Positions 50,042 through 64,000 are shown, counted from the first letter of the stretch. The stretch is DNA of 64,000 nucleotides from Balanoglossus misakiensis (GCA_040954595.2 CM082576.2:15299028-15363027); one strand, 5' to 3'. Program-made: numbers and translations. The notes: generated from the letters alone by a model not told the origin.

Positions 50042-50979
50042 CAACCAAGCACTAGTAGACGAGCTGACGTCGCTTCTGTTGGTGGTTAATCACTTCATTG
50101 AAGCACCACGCTATGTCGTATTTGGGTAAATTTTGCAGATACTTTTGTACCATATGTGCTGAATTCATACTCGCATATATCAACATATCCCGCAGCAGAA
50201 GTAAATCAATATCTGAATAATGCAAATGTTTAATGCAGACGACATGAGAGGCGGTAGAATATAATTACAAATTGTATTTCTAGAACTACAGAATTTGAGA
50301 ATAAGAAATGTGACCAAAAATAAATTAAAGCCAGTCTCTTAAGATCTAATCCAGGGCCCTTTACCGGAGGGTTAACCTCTTGGAAACCGTATTGTAGCAT
50401 TATCATTGGTGTGGTCAATGCATGAAATACAAGCCATTGAATATATATCACATGTACACTCAAGAGAAATGTTTTTTGCAGGACAATATGCCGAATTTCC
50501 ATTAGTTGGGTGAAACAGATGTTTTATACATAATCCCCAGTGGTTTTGACAGGAACACTTTAATAATTAATTCCCCTGTCTTCAATTTATTTATTTGTTT
50601 ACTTACCGGACGCAACAAGTTTATTCATTCATTCCTTTTCATTTTTTGACTGTCATAAATACTTAAATAGCAATTTCACGCAGTACTGAACTGGTGCATA
50701 CATAATTAAATCGCATACAAGATCATCGCTAGACGCAACGCCCGAATCATCAAATTGCAACCCATGAAACATTTCCAATGCGAGCTACTTCCACGATCTA
50801 ACATGGCAGTGCACAGTAAACACCTATCTAGCACCCTGTGTTGATATTTACACGTAATTCCTTGAGTTAAACAATAGACCAGTGAAACTTGGCATTCGAA
50901 ATTTGCAATACTGTTTTCGAACTTAATTTCCGACGAGTTTTAATTGTTCAAACATGCACCCCTTTACATTTTCAATGTG

Positions 50980-52371
50980 CCCTTCAGCAGGTAACGTGTG
51001 TACATGCACAAAGACTATCTTCTAGGATGTATCTGCTAACAAAAAAATGAAAGGAGACAGCATAGCGTCTCCATTTATCCCATGGTCTTTCCGTTGGTTT
51101 CAATTCTTTACAGAATATAATAATTTATCAAGTCCCCTGAACACTCTTTAACATGTCCTTCAGCAGTTGAAGTGTGTACATGCTCAAAGACTTTCTTCTT
51201 GTGATCTTGAAAAAAGTGTTGGGGACAATTGACGCAGTAACGTTCCAGTTGGTTGGTCCTAACGACCCCTAGGATGTATCTGCTAACAAAAAAAATGAAA
51301 GGAGACAGCATAGCGTCTTCATTTATCCCATGGTCTGTCCGTTGGTTGGTTGCAATTCTTTACAGAATTTAATAATTTATCAAGTCCCCTGAACACTCTT
51401 CAACATGTCCTTCAGCAGTTGAAGTGTGTACATGCTCAAAGACTTTCTTCTTGTGATCTTGAGAAAAGTGTTGGGGGAATTGACACAGTAACGTTCCAGT
51501 TGGTTGGTCCTAACGACCCCTAGGATGTATCTGCTAACAAAAAATGAAAGGAGACAGCATAGCGTCTCCATTTATCCCATGGTCTGTCCGTTGGTTGCAA
51601 TTCTTTACAGAATATAATAATTTATCAAGCCCCCTGAACACTTTTCAACATGTCCTTCAGCAGTTGAAGTGTGTACATGCTCAAAGACTTTCTTCTTGTG
51701 ATCTTGAGAAAAGTGTTGGGGGAATTGACACAGTAACGTTCCAGTTGGTTGGTCCTAACGACCCCTAGGATGTATCTGCTAACAAAAAATGAAAGGAGAC
51801 AGCATAGCGTCTCCATTTATCCCATGGTCTGTCCGTTGGTTGAAATTCTTTACAGAATATAATAATTTATCAAGTCCCCTGAACACTTTTCAACATGTCA
51901 TTCAGCAGTTGAAGTGTGTACATGCTCAAAGACTTTCTTCTTGTGATCTTGAGAAAAGTGTTGGGGCAATTGACACAGTAACGTTCCAGTTGGTTGGTCC
52001 TAACGACCCCTAGGATGTATCTGCTAACAAAAAAAATGAAAGGAGACAGCATAGCGTCTCCATTTATCCCATGGTCTGTCCGTTGGTTGCAATTCTTTAC
52101 AGAATATAATAATTTATCAAGTCCCCTGAACACTCTTCAACATGTCCTTCAGCAGTTGAAGTGTGTACATGCTCAAAGACTTTCTTCTTGTGATCTTGAG
52201 AAAGTGTTGGGGGAATTGACGCAGCAACGTTCCAGTTGTTTGGTCCAAAAAAACCTCGGAGGTATTTGCTAATAAATAAATATGAAAGAACATGGCATAG
52301 CGTCTCCATGTACATGTAGTCTTTGCTCAGTGGTTACAATTCTGTGTAAAACAAGCATAATTTATCAAGTT
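50980..52371. repeat. Tandem array, ~245-250-bp unit, ~5.5 copies
   Basis: TCAAG(T/C)CCCCTGAACAC recurs at ~51128, 51380, 51625, 51870 and 52117. Confidence 0.95.
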
Positions 52372-52374
52372 GTT

Positions 52375-52384
52375 TATATAAAAG
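52375..52384 (+). promoter_or_regulatory. Putative TATA box of the lectin-GAIN gene
   Basis: TATATAAAAG ~40 bp upstream of the ATG (gctaccATG at 52417). Confidence 0.6.
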
Positions 52385-52416
52385 ATGATCGCAGATAAGC
52401 CGCACAACTCGCTACC

Positions 52417-55400
52417 ATGACTTCCCTGAGAAGCTGTAAGATGTTACAAGAATGTCGTGAAATACCTTTGAAGTTAACACTCATCGCTACATTCATGATG
52501 TTGTCGATGACATTTCTGCAGCAAGCAGGTAAAACACTAATTTTAGTTTTTTTTTTACTTTGGAAAGTTTGAAGTTCCTCAAAACAGAAGCTCATAAATG
52601 TTATCATTGTTTCATGCATGGTTGTAATAAGAATAACGATTTGATATGCAGATTGCAACAGCTTTTATGGATGGATGAGTCACGCCAAAGCTTACACGTT
52701 TTGTGAGCGGTTAGGTCTTCGCCTTGTTAAAGACGACAGCGAAGAAAAACACACAGCTATTGTAAACACAACAAATGAACGAGGCCTTGTAGACTGGTGG
52801 TTCTGGATAGATGCTCGACGGATTCCCAATGGAAGCGTAGTCACAAGAGACGGGGACATTTTGACTCACATGCCGTTGATTGGTGGAAATAAGGATGGAA
52901 AGTGCATCTCATTCAAGTGAGTTGGCGGTTTTAAAAAATATATTGAAATATAAAAATATTTTTTGTGGTCATTTTAAGGCCAAATAAAAAAAATATGTGC
53001 TGTTCCGATTACACGACCTACCCTAATTTTTGCCCGCCGACCCTAAACTTTTTAGAGTTTCGTAAGTAAAAATTACGATGTCAAATATACAAAATTTATG
53101 AAAATTGCGAGAATCACGCAAGAACTTTGACGTCATTCTTCTACACTACGGCGGCCAAAGATATAAAAAATGCAAAATAAAATAAAAATATTTCCCTACT
53201 GTTTTTGAAAACCATGTAATCGGAACAGCACATATTTATTTATTTGGCCTAATATAGCTTAACTTTAATCAATCATAGGGAATCATGTGCAGAGGCATGC
53301 AATCTTTAAAATATATCAGTAGGGACAGAATTGAATTTTCATGATATCCAGATGTTACAATCGGCAATGTCTTCAGAAGAACATTATTGGCAATTGCACA
53401 CCCATATACCTCGAGTTTATGGGAAATTTCGTTCTGCAAGTTTGAGATATGTCCAATTTCGTCTCATTGTTACCTTTGAACACCAGACTTTCTCTGCAAA
53501 ATGTTGTACAACATTTTACCTTATTTGTCTACTTGCCTATTTTTTCTAAATTCAAGTTAACCCGGGGTCTTAAACAAATTAAGGAGAAAATGTAGACTTT
53601 CATAAATGTTTAATTCACAGCCAACCACTATGGTACTATCAGCCGTGTTGGGCCAGAAGTGCCCCTTTATGTGAAAATGCAAGTAAGTTATATTTTAATA
53701 TAATCTTTGCAACTAGATCATGGTGTTCCTATAGCGAGTGATTTAATCTATTCTGTTTTTGGTATTCTATAACATTTAATGTTGTCTTTTTACTCACGTG
53801 ATTCTGTATCACGGGAGTAATGTCATCACCTTTTTAGCTCACGTGTTCACACACGTGAGCTGATGTCACCGCCTTTTCTGTGTACTATGAGGGTATTACG
53901 AAAATACCGCAAAGTATTAGCGCCCGGTATCGGATGTGCTGCGCTAATGTCTGAGTGCATACTTTGCGGTATTTTCGTAATAACCTTATTATTATACATC
54001 TTACATCTCTGTTAGTTCTTGTGTTGCATGTTACTTGGCTTTCAAAACGCCCAAACTGCTGATACAATCGATCGAAAACCGCTCAGTTGACTCAGTGAGC
54101 AACCATCTTTCTTTTTTGTTTACGTGCGTTGGAGTGGGGGTGTCTTGAAACCGTCCGCATAGCAGTGCATACCTGTACACGGTGAGTTGGGGCGCCTTGA
54201 AACTTAAGGCTATTTAACACGCGTTTCGTCCTACCATTCCGTGTGGATTTTTAGTGCATGCTAAATTCTATTGTTCTCGGTGCCAGATGTATACTAATTT
54301 CATATATGCGACTTTTTAAAATTTATTTTTTTGAAAGCAGGGTTTACCTGACCAGCAATCAACAAGTTTATGATTGGGACAGTGTAGAAGGAATTTTTTC
54401 GGAGCTATGATCAAATAATTTTTATTGCATAAAAAATCTTCAAGTTTTTTTTTACTTTGGATAAGAGTCTGTTCGCAGTATTTTTTCTTCTTTAAGTTGT
54501 AAAACTGTATTGGTTTATTTAGATAATTAAATGATTGTCGATGAGGTTTTTTCGTTGTTTTCCTAGAATATGAGGAATAAAGGGTTTATTATATATGCCG
54601 AAATAAAATAGACTTTTTTTTCGTTTTCGATTTTTACGGTTAATAAATGGCGTTTTCTCCTAATCTGCAGCAACCTTCGACTTAACTACCACAGTGAATG
54701 GTATAGTGGCTACAAACCAGCTATGTGAGAAGCTTGGGATGCGTCTTCTGACTGATACCACTGAATGGAAAATCGACCAGTACTGTGTGTCCTCTATTTG
54801 CGATCGATGGCAGCCAAAATTATGGCTTGATGCCAACATCACGGCAGATGGCTCTGTGAAGACAAGCAGCGGTGTGATAATGGAACACACGCGTTTTGCT
54901 CCCGACCAGACTCTTGACGTCGGATCGTGTATTTACGTACAGTGAGTCGCTGTCTGTTCAAATTATTTTCCACAAACCGTATATATAGTTTGTGATTGCT
55001 TTCGTGGCTTTAATTGTTATAGAGTTGGAACTTTGGAGATTACATGGGAGATATGATGGTTTTCGTATCCCAAAGGTTACACTCTGTTGCTAAGCATTCA
55101 CTATCTTTGCACTGTTCTGGAATTTTGTCAAGTTTGAGTTTTATGTTTTGCCTTTGGTAACTAACTTTACCTGCTATATCGTCTGAATTGCAAACCACAA
55201 TTTGTACAGTAATCATTGTGCATATTGTAAACTTCAATAAGCGTTGAACACTGAATCTTTATACAGGTGTACCTCAAGTAAATGTAAATGGTTCACTGAC
55301 GACTGTGATAACCCAATTAGTTTACTTTGCGAGGCTAACGGTAAGTATTTTGAGACATCAGCGATAAATCTTGTTTCCTGCACATTTGACCACCTGTGTA

Positions 55401-58400
55401 CTTCTGTGGTGTGTATACATTCAACATTTGCCACACCAATGGATAATGCTAAAGTGCTTCACCCAGATGAAAGGGGCTCCGAATTACATTTTGATATGGT
55501 CACATTTTATTACTCTCGAACTTCGCAAGTTCGAGAGTAAGTAGACATGTAATAATTAATGCATGAAATTACTATCACATATGAATACCATAAGCCTAAA
55601 AAGGAAAGGAAATGATTAAACATATTACTTCAGGCAATGCATGAATTTAAATACAGGTTGTTGACAATGGGGTTCAGGTCACACCCTGGGAAGTTTACGT
55701 TTAATACATTTGTTGGATTTCACAGAAATTTGGCATTTACTGGCCAACATGTCTTCTGAGGAAACGTATTATATATTCAGTTTTATTTAAATCAATAGGG
55801 CTTCCCAATTTATGAAATGAAATTTTTGCCACCGCTCACATTATCTGTGTTTTACATTTGCAACATTCAGATGATGACTTACTTCTGCTGCGGGAGAGGT
55901 TGGTCAAGATAAGTGACGATGAATTCAGAACAGCAGATGTGGTAAGAAAGGTTCCAATCATTTGAGACTGATGTAATGTACTGTATTGTATAAAACCACA
56001 AGTAAGCGAAATGCAATTAAACATTCATTATAGAATATGACTGTTTTGTGACAACAAAAGCTACATACTAAATGATTCCAAAAAAGTTATAAAGCCACGT
56101 ACTAAAAAATGTTCTTTTCTTTTTCCAGGGTATTAGTGTAATTGACAAGTTGGACAATTTAACCTCTGACCTTTCAACGAAACGTGTTATATTTAAAGGA
56201 AGAATTCTATTTGCAAAAGGTAGGCCTATTCTTATATTTTGTTGTATTAACCACTATGATTCCGTGACATCGGTTTCCATGACAACGCCATCCACATTGA
56301 ACATCTACAATATTCATATCAGACGCAGAAAGATGGGCCCTTGCAATTGTTAAAAGTATCGAAAATGCGTCAACAACTTTTTCAGAGGCCCATTTCCCAT
56401 CAAAGACAACGTTAAAACCCCCATACACCATATATATTCTGGAAGCTGAGTTTTTGAACTTTTGTTTGAGTTGCATATATTATTGATCCCAGGAAATGGT
56501 GGCGTTTTGGGGTTAAAAACCCCATTTTTGATATTATGTCATTAAATTTAAATTAGGTAAAAAGGTTGACCATGCATCATGCATCTTAATATGTCATTAA
56601 TATGTCATTCGAAACTAGAGTACACGTGCAAAAAAACAGTAATTTTGTTTTGCGTTATCTGCTTCCATTGAGGAGTAACAGCGTTTGAAAGTTAGATATT
56701 TAGAAAATTTGATCAAATTCACGGTGAGTTGTATTGAATCAGATTTTATTCCCGTCAGGGACACTTTATCGACTAAAAAAATCCCTTTTGTTGGATGGGT
56801 CATACACAATCCCCTGTTAAAATTTGAGCAAATTCGGCCAACGCAGAGCGAAGCTAAATTCTTCTGAAGTTGTTAAGAGCAGCGAAAATGCAAACTGAGA
56901 AAAACGGCTATTTGCATTGTTGACACCTATTTGTTAAGCTGTGAACTCATTCAGAAAAGTGCTATTTGTGGGTTATTATGCACCATTTCCGCCAAGACGT
57001 ATTTGTCCTCCGGGCATAGGTGGAAAGCCGAGAAAGACAGTCAGACAAAGTGAGATAAGATAGTTTTAAATGCCATTGTTTACATATTTCAGAAACACTG
57101 AATGTCATGCAAAAGGTGATAGACAGAATGCAGTCCCTAATTGACGCCAATCCGAGCGAGAAGCTGAATCCCGAACAGGCAAATAACCTGACAAAGATAA
57201 CAACGAAAGTATTCGACCAGTTATCAATGTTTATACTGAACGAGGCTATTTGTGGACATGGACCAATCATCGTGAACACTTCTTCTCTTGTGCTTCATCT
57301 GGAAAAGAACTTTGTACAGGACTTGTGCGACACCAATGTAATGATTGGAGATGGAAGTGGATTCAATATTCCACCAGCAGACAGTATGTTTCCACAATTG
57401 TCGCGGGGCACAGTCTTGAACAGAATGGTTTGTATACAACTTCGATAATCAGAAGACAATCTCACTTTCGTTTTCTATCATACATTGCTCTATTCTTGTA
57501 TGTTGTTATTTGTTTAACTTTTGGTCATTAGGATTCTTCCGCCAGTTCATTATGGGAATGAACTATACGCGAATCCTTGTGTTGAATTAGTGCACACATT
57601 GTCATTTTTTTATACAAAATAAGTCCATAAACATTTCTACTTATGATCTTTGGTTTAAAGTACAATTCTGTTGTTGTCATAATGCGACCGGGTGGTCCAG
57701 GAATAATTTAAATGTTTTTTTTTTTTTTTAGATTTTCCGATTCGGTGGGAATCCTCACAGATTGGCAAATAGGACACATGGCTTCACTACCGATATACTG
57801 ACCCTGGAATTCAGAGATGAAGATGGTAATGAGATTAAAGGTTGGTTTTCATTAAGGCCATCAATGGCATCCTAACATTCGCATGGAACTCGCAAAGTAT
57901 TTAAATCTTTGGAAACTTGGAAACAACATTCATTTCTGAAACGTCAGTGTCATAAAGAAAAACTTAATTTTGTGGATATAATCAATTACTGAGAAACATA
58001 TCATTTAACCAGTTAATGTGGCACCATTAAAACTCAAATTGAAAAGGCGCATTCCTTCTTTTAATCAACTTTACACAGAAACCCAGCGATATATTAGTAT
58101 AACAATACTCGCTTCATCGTGGGGCGGAACTCTAATAATGACCAATTTGTGTGTTTAGTTTTGACATCAGTTTGAATTAACACAAAATATTTTCATTTTC
58201 AGTGAAAAATGCGTCACAGGATCTCGGCGTATGGCTTGGTAATTATCAGACACCTATCAATGAAAGCATCGTCAGGGGAGTATACGTGGAAAGGGAAGGA
58301 GTCACTCACTATGCATTGACAGTAACGGTAAACCTCACACATTATATGAACCTAACCAACTTTTGCATGTTAGCAACTCTACTCTTTGAAAGTACCATCA

Positions 58401-59774
58401 AACCACCCATCTTGGTGTGATGGTCAGCCGAGGGGGGGGGGGGGGGGGGCTGGTAAAGCCCAATGTAAATGCACACAAATCATAACCATAGGGATTTATT
58501 TCTCAGCATGCAATATTTTACATATGTACCATGCAATCACCATCCTCTCTGTCATAATGATCCGAGGTCTGATGCCCAATGACACAAGATGTGAATGGAA
58601 CTCGCAAAACCAAACACAGACAAGGTTTACCTCAAAAATTCATTTTGAGTTCATTTTGCATTTGTTTCTCATCGTTGTACTTTGTAGGCACTATCGAGAT
58701 ACTCTGCAATGCAAATCACCATGGAAGCACTGGGGCCTATCTTTGAGACTACTACAGCATACGTGTCACTGGAAAGCCTTGACGCCGTCGGTGGCTACAG
58801 TGGTTTCCATTATATAACTGAGTTGGTATTTGCAGGGTGTACAGCATCCATATTTCTACCAGAAGCAAAGATCACCAGGACGGGCTTTTATTACATAGTC
58901 TTTGACCTTACCAGTGGTAAGATTGTGGAATATTTTCATGATTAATACAATTCTATAAGTAATGTGCTTTGATTTCATATCGTTTTTAGCCATGGTTCAA
59001 AACATGTGATACATAGACTTGGAACAATAGAATTAGTGGGAGATAATTCGAAAGGCTGCATCTACAGAATAAGCTTCTTAGAAAAAATATAGTCCTCAGA
59101 ACCCATCAATCCATTATAATGATATAGTGCAAACAGTGTGATTACTATAAAAATCACTAATTAAAGGTTCCTCTGTGAGGTTTTACATGGAATAGGTTAA
59201 TTTAACTGTTCTGTATTTCTTTTTCCCTGCAGCCCATGGGGTTGACTTCAAGGTTCTCACTACTCAACACAGATGTAGCTACTTTGATGAGACTAACTGG
59301 CAGAATGATGGTTGCAAGGTATACAAATTAATTTCTTCTAAATTTTGCAAAAAATGAAATGCTCCATGTACCCGTCCCAGTGATGAAACTAAAGACTAGT
59401 GTGGTTTTAGTGGAAACTGTGCGCTTATATGCAGCAAAAGCTTAAAACACAGAAGGCACTGCAGCTTATCAATGCTGACACATGTAAAATGCTGTAAAAC
59501 TTGCAAAAAAGTACTGGTGCATGTGAGGGCGCTTTTCCAATACATCTTACCACTGGGACATAAACCAAGTGTTTGATCTTTTTTCACTTGCAAAGAAACA
59601 CCCCCATTGCTGTGTCAATACGTATATTTTCTGCTCGATTATTTGCAGGTGTCACCAAAATCCGACTTCAATTCTACCCTTTGTCTGTGTAATCACCTGA
59701 CCGTTTTCAGTGCAATGGACGATTCCACTTTTAATACAGGGGCGTCCGTTTGGTCTACAGAAGTGACAAAATAA
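52417..59774 (+). CDS. Secreted PKD1L/REJ-like protein, ~651 aa, 13 exons: signal peptide, 2 C-type lectin domains, GAIN with intact GPS, no TM
   Basis: Exons 52417-52528, 52652-52916, 53621-53682, 54671-54941, 55267-55340, 55871-55941, 56129-56219, 57093-57427, 57732-57840, 58203-58327, 58688-58916, 59233-59318, 59649-59774; all GT-AG and phase-matched, 1956 nt open. FWIDA/LWLDA CTLD motifs; GPS CSYFDETNWQNDGCKVSPKSDFNSTLCLCNHL|TVFS. Confidence 0.85.
52978..53249. mobile_element. Harbinger-type MITE, intronic
   Basis: TAA|GGCCAAATAAA..ATATGTGCTGTTCCGATTAC ... GTAATCGGAACAGCACATAT..TTTGGCC|TAA. Confidence 0.85.
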
Positions 59775-59902
59775 GCTTACGGGGACGAGATCTAAACAAA
59801 TGTACCATTCAAAATGTTTGCGTTTTATTTCTTTTAAGCTTTATGAAGTAGGAAGTGTTCATATAGTCATTTTGGAAATCGATTTCCTTGATAATGCATT
59901 AA

Positions 59903-60363
59903 AGGCACATGAGCTGCAACTGGACAAAAAAAAATAAGTTTTAACTTATCCTCTACATGCTTTTAATTATGTCTATAAAATGATATTTTATGATAGTATA
60001 TCAAGATCAACACTTATTTATGACAAAATGGCCAAAAATTAAAGAAAATCGAAAATTCTTGCATTTTTTTTTAAATTGCAACATTGCAATGAAAAATGAC
60101 AATGTAGTGTCTCAGTACATTTAGGTCCATAAGTTCTAGTGGATGCAATGTTTTCATTGTTTCTTGCATTTTCCCACGGTGGCGGCCATATTCCTTTGCG
60201 GCAAAGGTTTATTATTTATCTGGTTAAAATTTACATATGCACTCATATTTAGGGTTTATAATACTTGTATATAGTTCAGTGCCTTCATCTGCATGGGCTA
60301 ATGGTTGTACAGTTTGAAAGAAAAATTATGATAATTATCCCAAAGGTTGCAGCTCATGTGCCT
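59903..60363. mobile_element. Kolobok-type MITE
   Basis: TTAA|AGGCACATGAGCTGCAAC ... GTTGCAGCTCATGTGCCT|TTAA. Confidence 0.88.
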
Positions 60364-62158
60364 TTAAATGTGAAAAGAATAGATGTTCATTTGGCTAGAG
60401 GTGTTCACAAACTTGCCGGAAAGAGACGCGTTTTGAAGAGAATTTGATGTGGTGCCGGACAATTCTGACACTCTAGGTAGTCAAAGGCTTAACAAGAATT
60501 GCATTTTGTTAGGTTGAGTGCGTCTATGATTGATTTTGTTCATATAGTTCGATGTTATTTATACATTTCTTTGAAATCTGCCAGGATAGGATATATACAT
60601 GTATACATTGATCAATATTTTATGTTTTGTAATAACCAGTACTGTCACTTGCCATTGTAATAACCCGTAATTGTACTTGTCATTAATTGGTTGAGTTTAA
60701 GTATTCTGTAATTAAACAAAAAGTTGTACTTTTATAAATGGATGATATTAATGAATCTTTAATTTTTCTTCTTTTATAAACTCTGTATGTTCGTCAAAAT
60801 TGAAAGTATTGTCATATCTTTTAATTGTGAATTTTCAGATTCTCCTTTGTATGTGTAATGGAAATCCGTAATAAAATATAGGGGTCACCACGCTTGTTTT
60901 TGAAATCCAGAGCCATGAATTGATTCGCCAGTGGAAGAAAACTGCTAACTCAGCATTTTTCACCAATGGTTTGTCTATGGGGAAAATATTTGGCTAAGTT
61001 TATCTCAAAATAGAGCGCGTGTGACCACACAATTTTATTTGACCAATTAATTTACTTTTACTTGACTGGGGTATGTGTAAAATTTCTTGAAAGGGACAGT
61101 AGTAGAAGTTGTTTTCTAGCAATTATCAATGTAATCCTATGGGAAGACGACACATGCGTGCTGTTTAGCACTGTACGTTCTGCGTGTACATTGTTAAGAC
61201 ATGCCAATACACTTATAGACAACTGTGTGTTGTAACGCATCTTGCTGTAGCAATAAAGTCTATTGAGTCCCACTACATCATGTTTCAACGAATTTCTACT
61301 TTTGTAGATGCCCGTGTATCTCTTTGCAACCGCAAAGTGCGATTTCCCAACAGTGGCACCTTGTCTCTACCGTACATCAGAATACGATTTATTGTTTTCA
61401 AGGCCTCTAGCCCATAAGCAAAGGGGTACAGCAAAGTGGTACAGGAGGAAAGTATACACGATACAGTAAGTGCATGGTATGTGCATACATAGTAATTGTT
61501 TTCATGAAAAAAAAATTGATATTTCTCAGTCAGTAAATGTGCAGTTGCACTATTTCCTAACAGACAGGTCCCTAACATATACCAGGTTCAGACAGGGAAC
61601 AATTTGAGACACTATTTGCCTATGGTAAACACAGAGCATTAAACCTTTGAGTCGCGCCGTTTCATGACCACATACTTCGTCCTCATACGATTTTTTAAAA
61701 TGGTTTCCAAACTGAGACGCTTCAGAACCGTCTTAATGGTGCCTGTGTGACCCCCATAATTCAGAGGTGCCACTTTATGAAATCTTTATCAAGCTTCTCC
61801 ATGCAACTGGAACACATCCTTATTATATATCTGTCTTCTCCCGTTGGCAAAGGTGGTCACAAATCAGAAAGCAACATCAGAAAATGCAATGCAAAATCAA
61901 TGCAAAAAGTGGCGATGAAGTTCTTTTCTGAGATGGTAGTCTTACAATGTGGGCGACATTTCAGTACTGGCATGTCACACATGTTCGTGACTCAAGTCAC
62001 ATCTATTTAGGGTTCAACATATCGACAAACGTGGTACAATTATTACGCCACAACTTTGCTATACAATGAATCTGCACTCATTAGAAACCTGATCACCACA
62101 AATTTGCATGGGAGTCTCTGGTGTACTGTGGATAGATTTCATAAAGATATACACCTAC

Positions 62159-63820
62159 CATATCGACAGACAAATCTACGCAGACGTGGACAATAATCCA
62201 CACTGTACACCTTACTAGATTCACTGTATCTGATAAAATGACAATAAATAATCGTTACCAACAAATATACTGTTCAATACGTTTAAAATAATTTATAACA
62301 TGTTATCAGCTGAATCTGAATTGTGTCACATTTCCTTGGGCTTCATTAAAGGGCGACAATCACCACAAATGCATGAGCCAAACTAGAAACTCAGCCAGTA
62401 TGCTGATCTGACAACAAACAAGATGGCATTGACTAGTCTGGAAAAGACAAAATTGGATGAAACGAAGGGACGACACATGAAAGAAGAAAAGACGCGAATA
62501 CAGCCCACAATTTAAATATGTCAAACGCAAAAATTGCAGAACATTTGGATTGAACGTAATATTTGTACACACAAAAGTACATTCATGCACATAAGATGAT
62601 TATCGGCCTTATGCTCATTACTTAATTTTTGCACTGATGTGCTCTACTTATGAATGGAGACAACAGATCATGTGCACCTTATCCAGACGAATGTTTTGCT
62701 GTGAATACAGTGCTTAATAGTGTCTAATTGTGTAGGAAAACGTGGTTTGGTGTAGACAAATATATAATTACACATTCGCTCCAATGCAATTTTTCCAAGA
62801 GGATGCGTATGGCTGGTCATCCAACCACGGTAAGTAAGTCATTGGTGTCCCATTATAGTGCGTCCATTCATTCTCTGTATACAAATCCACACCATCTATC
62901 CACAATCTTCTATACAATGCATCCTTATTGACGTAAAAATTAGAATTGATGTTAGGCCGAACAACTAGGACTTTTTGCTCGTGACAGGTTTAGTTTATAG
63001 TGGATGCAACAAAAAAAGTGGAATGAATAATCATTTTTTCTGTAAGGCATGCTGCTTTTAACCTTTTTTTCAAGTTCCGTTTTCCTGAATTGTAGTCTAG
63101 ACCACATCAACTTTGCCTAAGACGTAACACACATGTACAACACACTTTACTACCCATAAAAATACAAGTCTATCGATTATGACCAAGGCATGTACATATC
63201 CCTGAAGTTGTGACTATATGTATGTGGTTTGTGGGGTTGTCATGTTGAGAAACAGGGGTTAAAATGGCGCAAGCAATATTTGCCACCTCCGATGCACTGC
63301 TTATCAATATGTGACAACACATGTAATTCAACGAAACAACCACATCAGTTTAGAATATATTGTTCTATGATGCAGCCCAATAAGCTACACAATATACATT
63401 TTTATGCAAAACACAAAAATTTGAAACATGACATAATAAAATACCATAGTATAACATTGTGTGTCGCAACACAACACGACACGACACAACACAACACAAC
63501 ACAACACAACACAACACAACACAACACAACACAACACAACACAACAAAATATTACATTACATCAAATAAGATTAAATAAAAACCCGTACAATACAAAACA
63601 AAACTGCCATGTTGGATAGAAGGGTGTGGTCGATACTTACTAAAGGGTATCCCAAGACTATTGTCAACCGTGCTAACCATGTTTATAACATATTCCATTG
63701 TCTGTTGGTCAGGTACTCGTAGTAAAGCCCCTCCATCATTCAAGCAGTACTCATAGGCGTATTGGGAGCTTGCGAGGAATCTGGATACCTTGTATTCGTC
63801 ATTGACTCTATCAAGAAGCA
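62159..63820 (-). CDS. C-type lectin domain exons of a convergent gene entering from the window end (partial)
   Basis: Exons ~63678-63820 (AYEYCLNDGGALLRV), ~62772-62923 (LWIDG..W...G.PMTYLPW..DQP....NCI) and 62159-62229 (DYCPRLRRFVC) assemble a CTLD. Confidence 0.75.
63467..63546. repeat. (ACACA)n pentanucleotide microsatellite
   Basis: About 15 ACAAC units. Confidence 0.95.
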
Positions 63821-64000
63821 CTGACAAAGATGTAAGAAGGAGAATAAAATTATTCATTCACCTTTGTTTTTGACATATGACTGTATAGCAAGTGGAAAAC
63901 AGTTGGCAAGGTGTGCACATTGCTGTATTTTCGTCATACGATTATTGTGTATCTACGTTGTCAAGACCTTGCGCGCATGTCCACAAAGATCTCTGTTGAC

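Noticed and set aside
51108-52315. Repeated short ORFs
   Set aside because: Translations of the 245-bp tandem unit, with frame-breaking indels between copies.

Overview
AT-rich, intron-containing animal DNA; the gene and transposon content points to an invertebrate deuterostome such as a hemichordate (inference). Left third: a C2H2 zinc-finger gene whose last intron holds a ~9.5 kb nest of elements: a CAG..CTG TIR element (5-bp TSD) that carries a Harbinger-type MITE and a gag-only LTR element with an HhH domain, with an IS3EU-like foldback element in the 5' LTR. A full-length LINE follows, with a virus-like 2A (DVEKNPGP) motif in ORF1. Middle: an orphan COR + death-domain exon, a Kolobok derivative, a duplicated atypical Ser/Thr kinase (one intact, one deleted copy), a GNAT/AANAT-like gene, a broken TLR-type TIR fragment and an intact somatomedin-B/family-B 7TM receptor with no GPS. 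Right third: a fibrinogen-related gene, a 245-bp tandem array, a convergent C-type lectin gene and, most notably, a 13-exon in-frame gene for a signal peptide + 2 C-type lectin + GAIN/GPS protein that stops 24 aa after the HL|T autoproteolysis site with no transmembrane segment. All exon models were built by hand from GT-AG sites and phase matching; no database searches were run.
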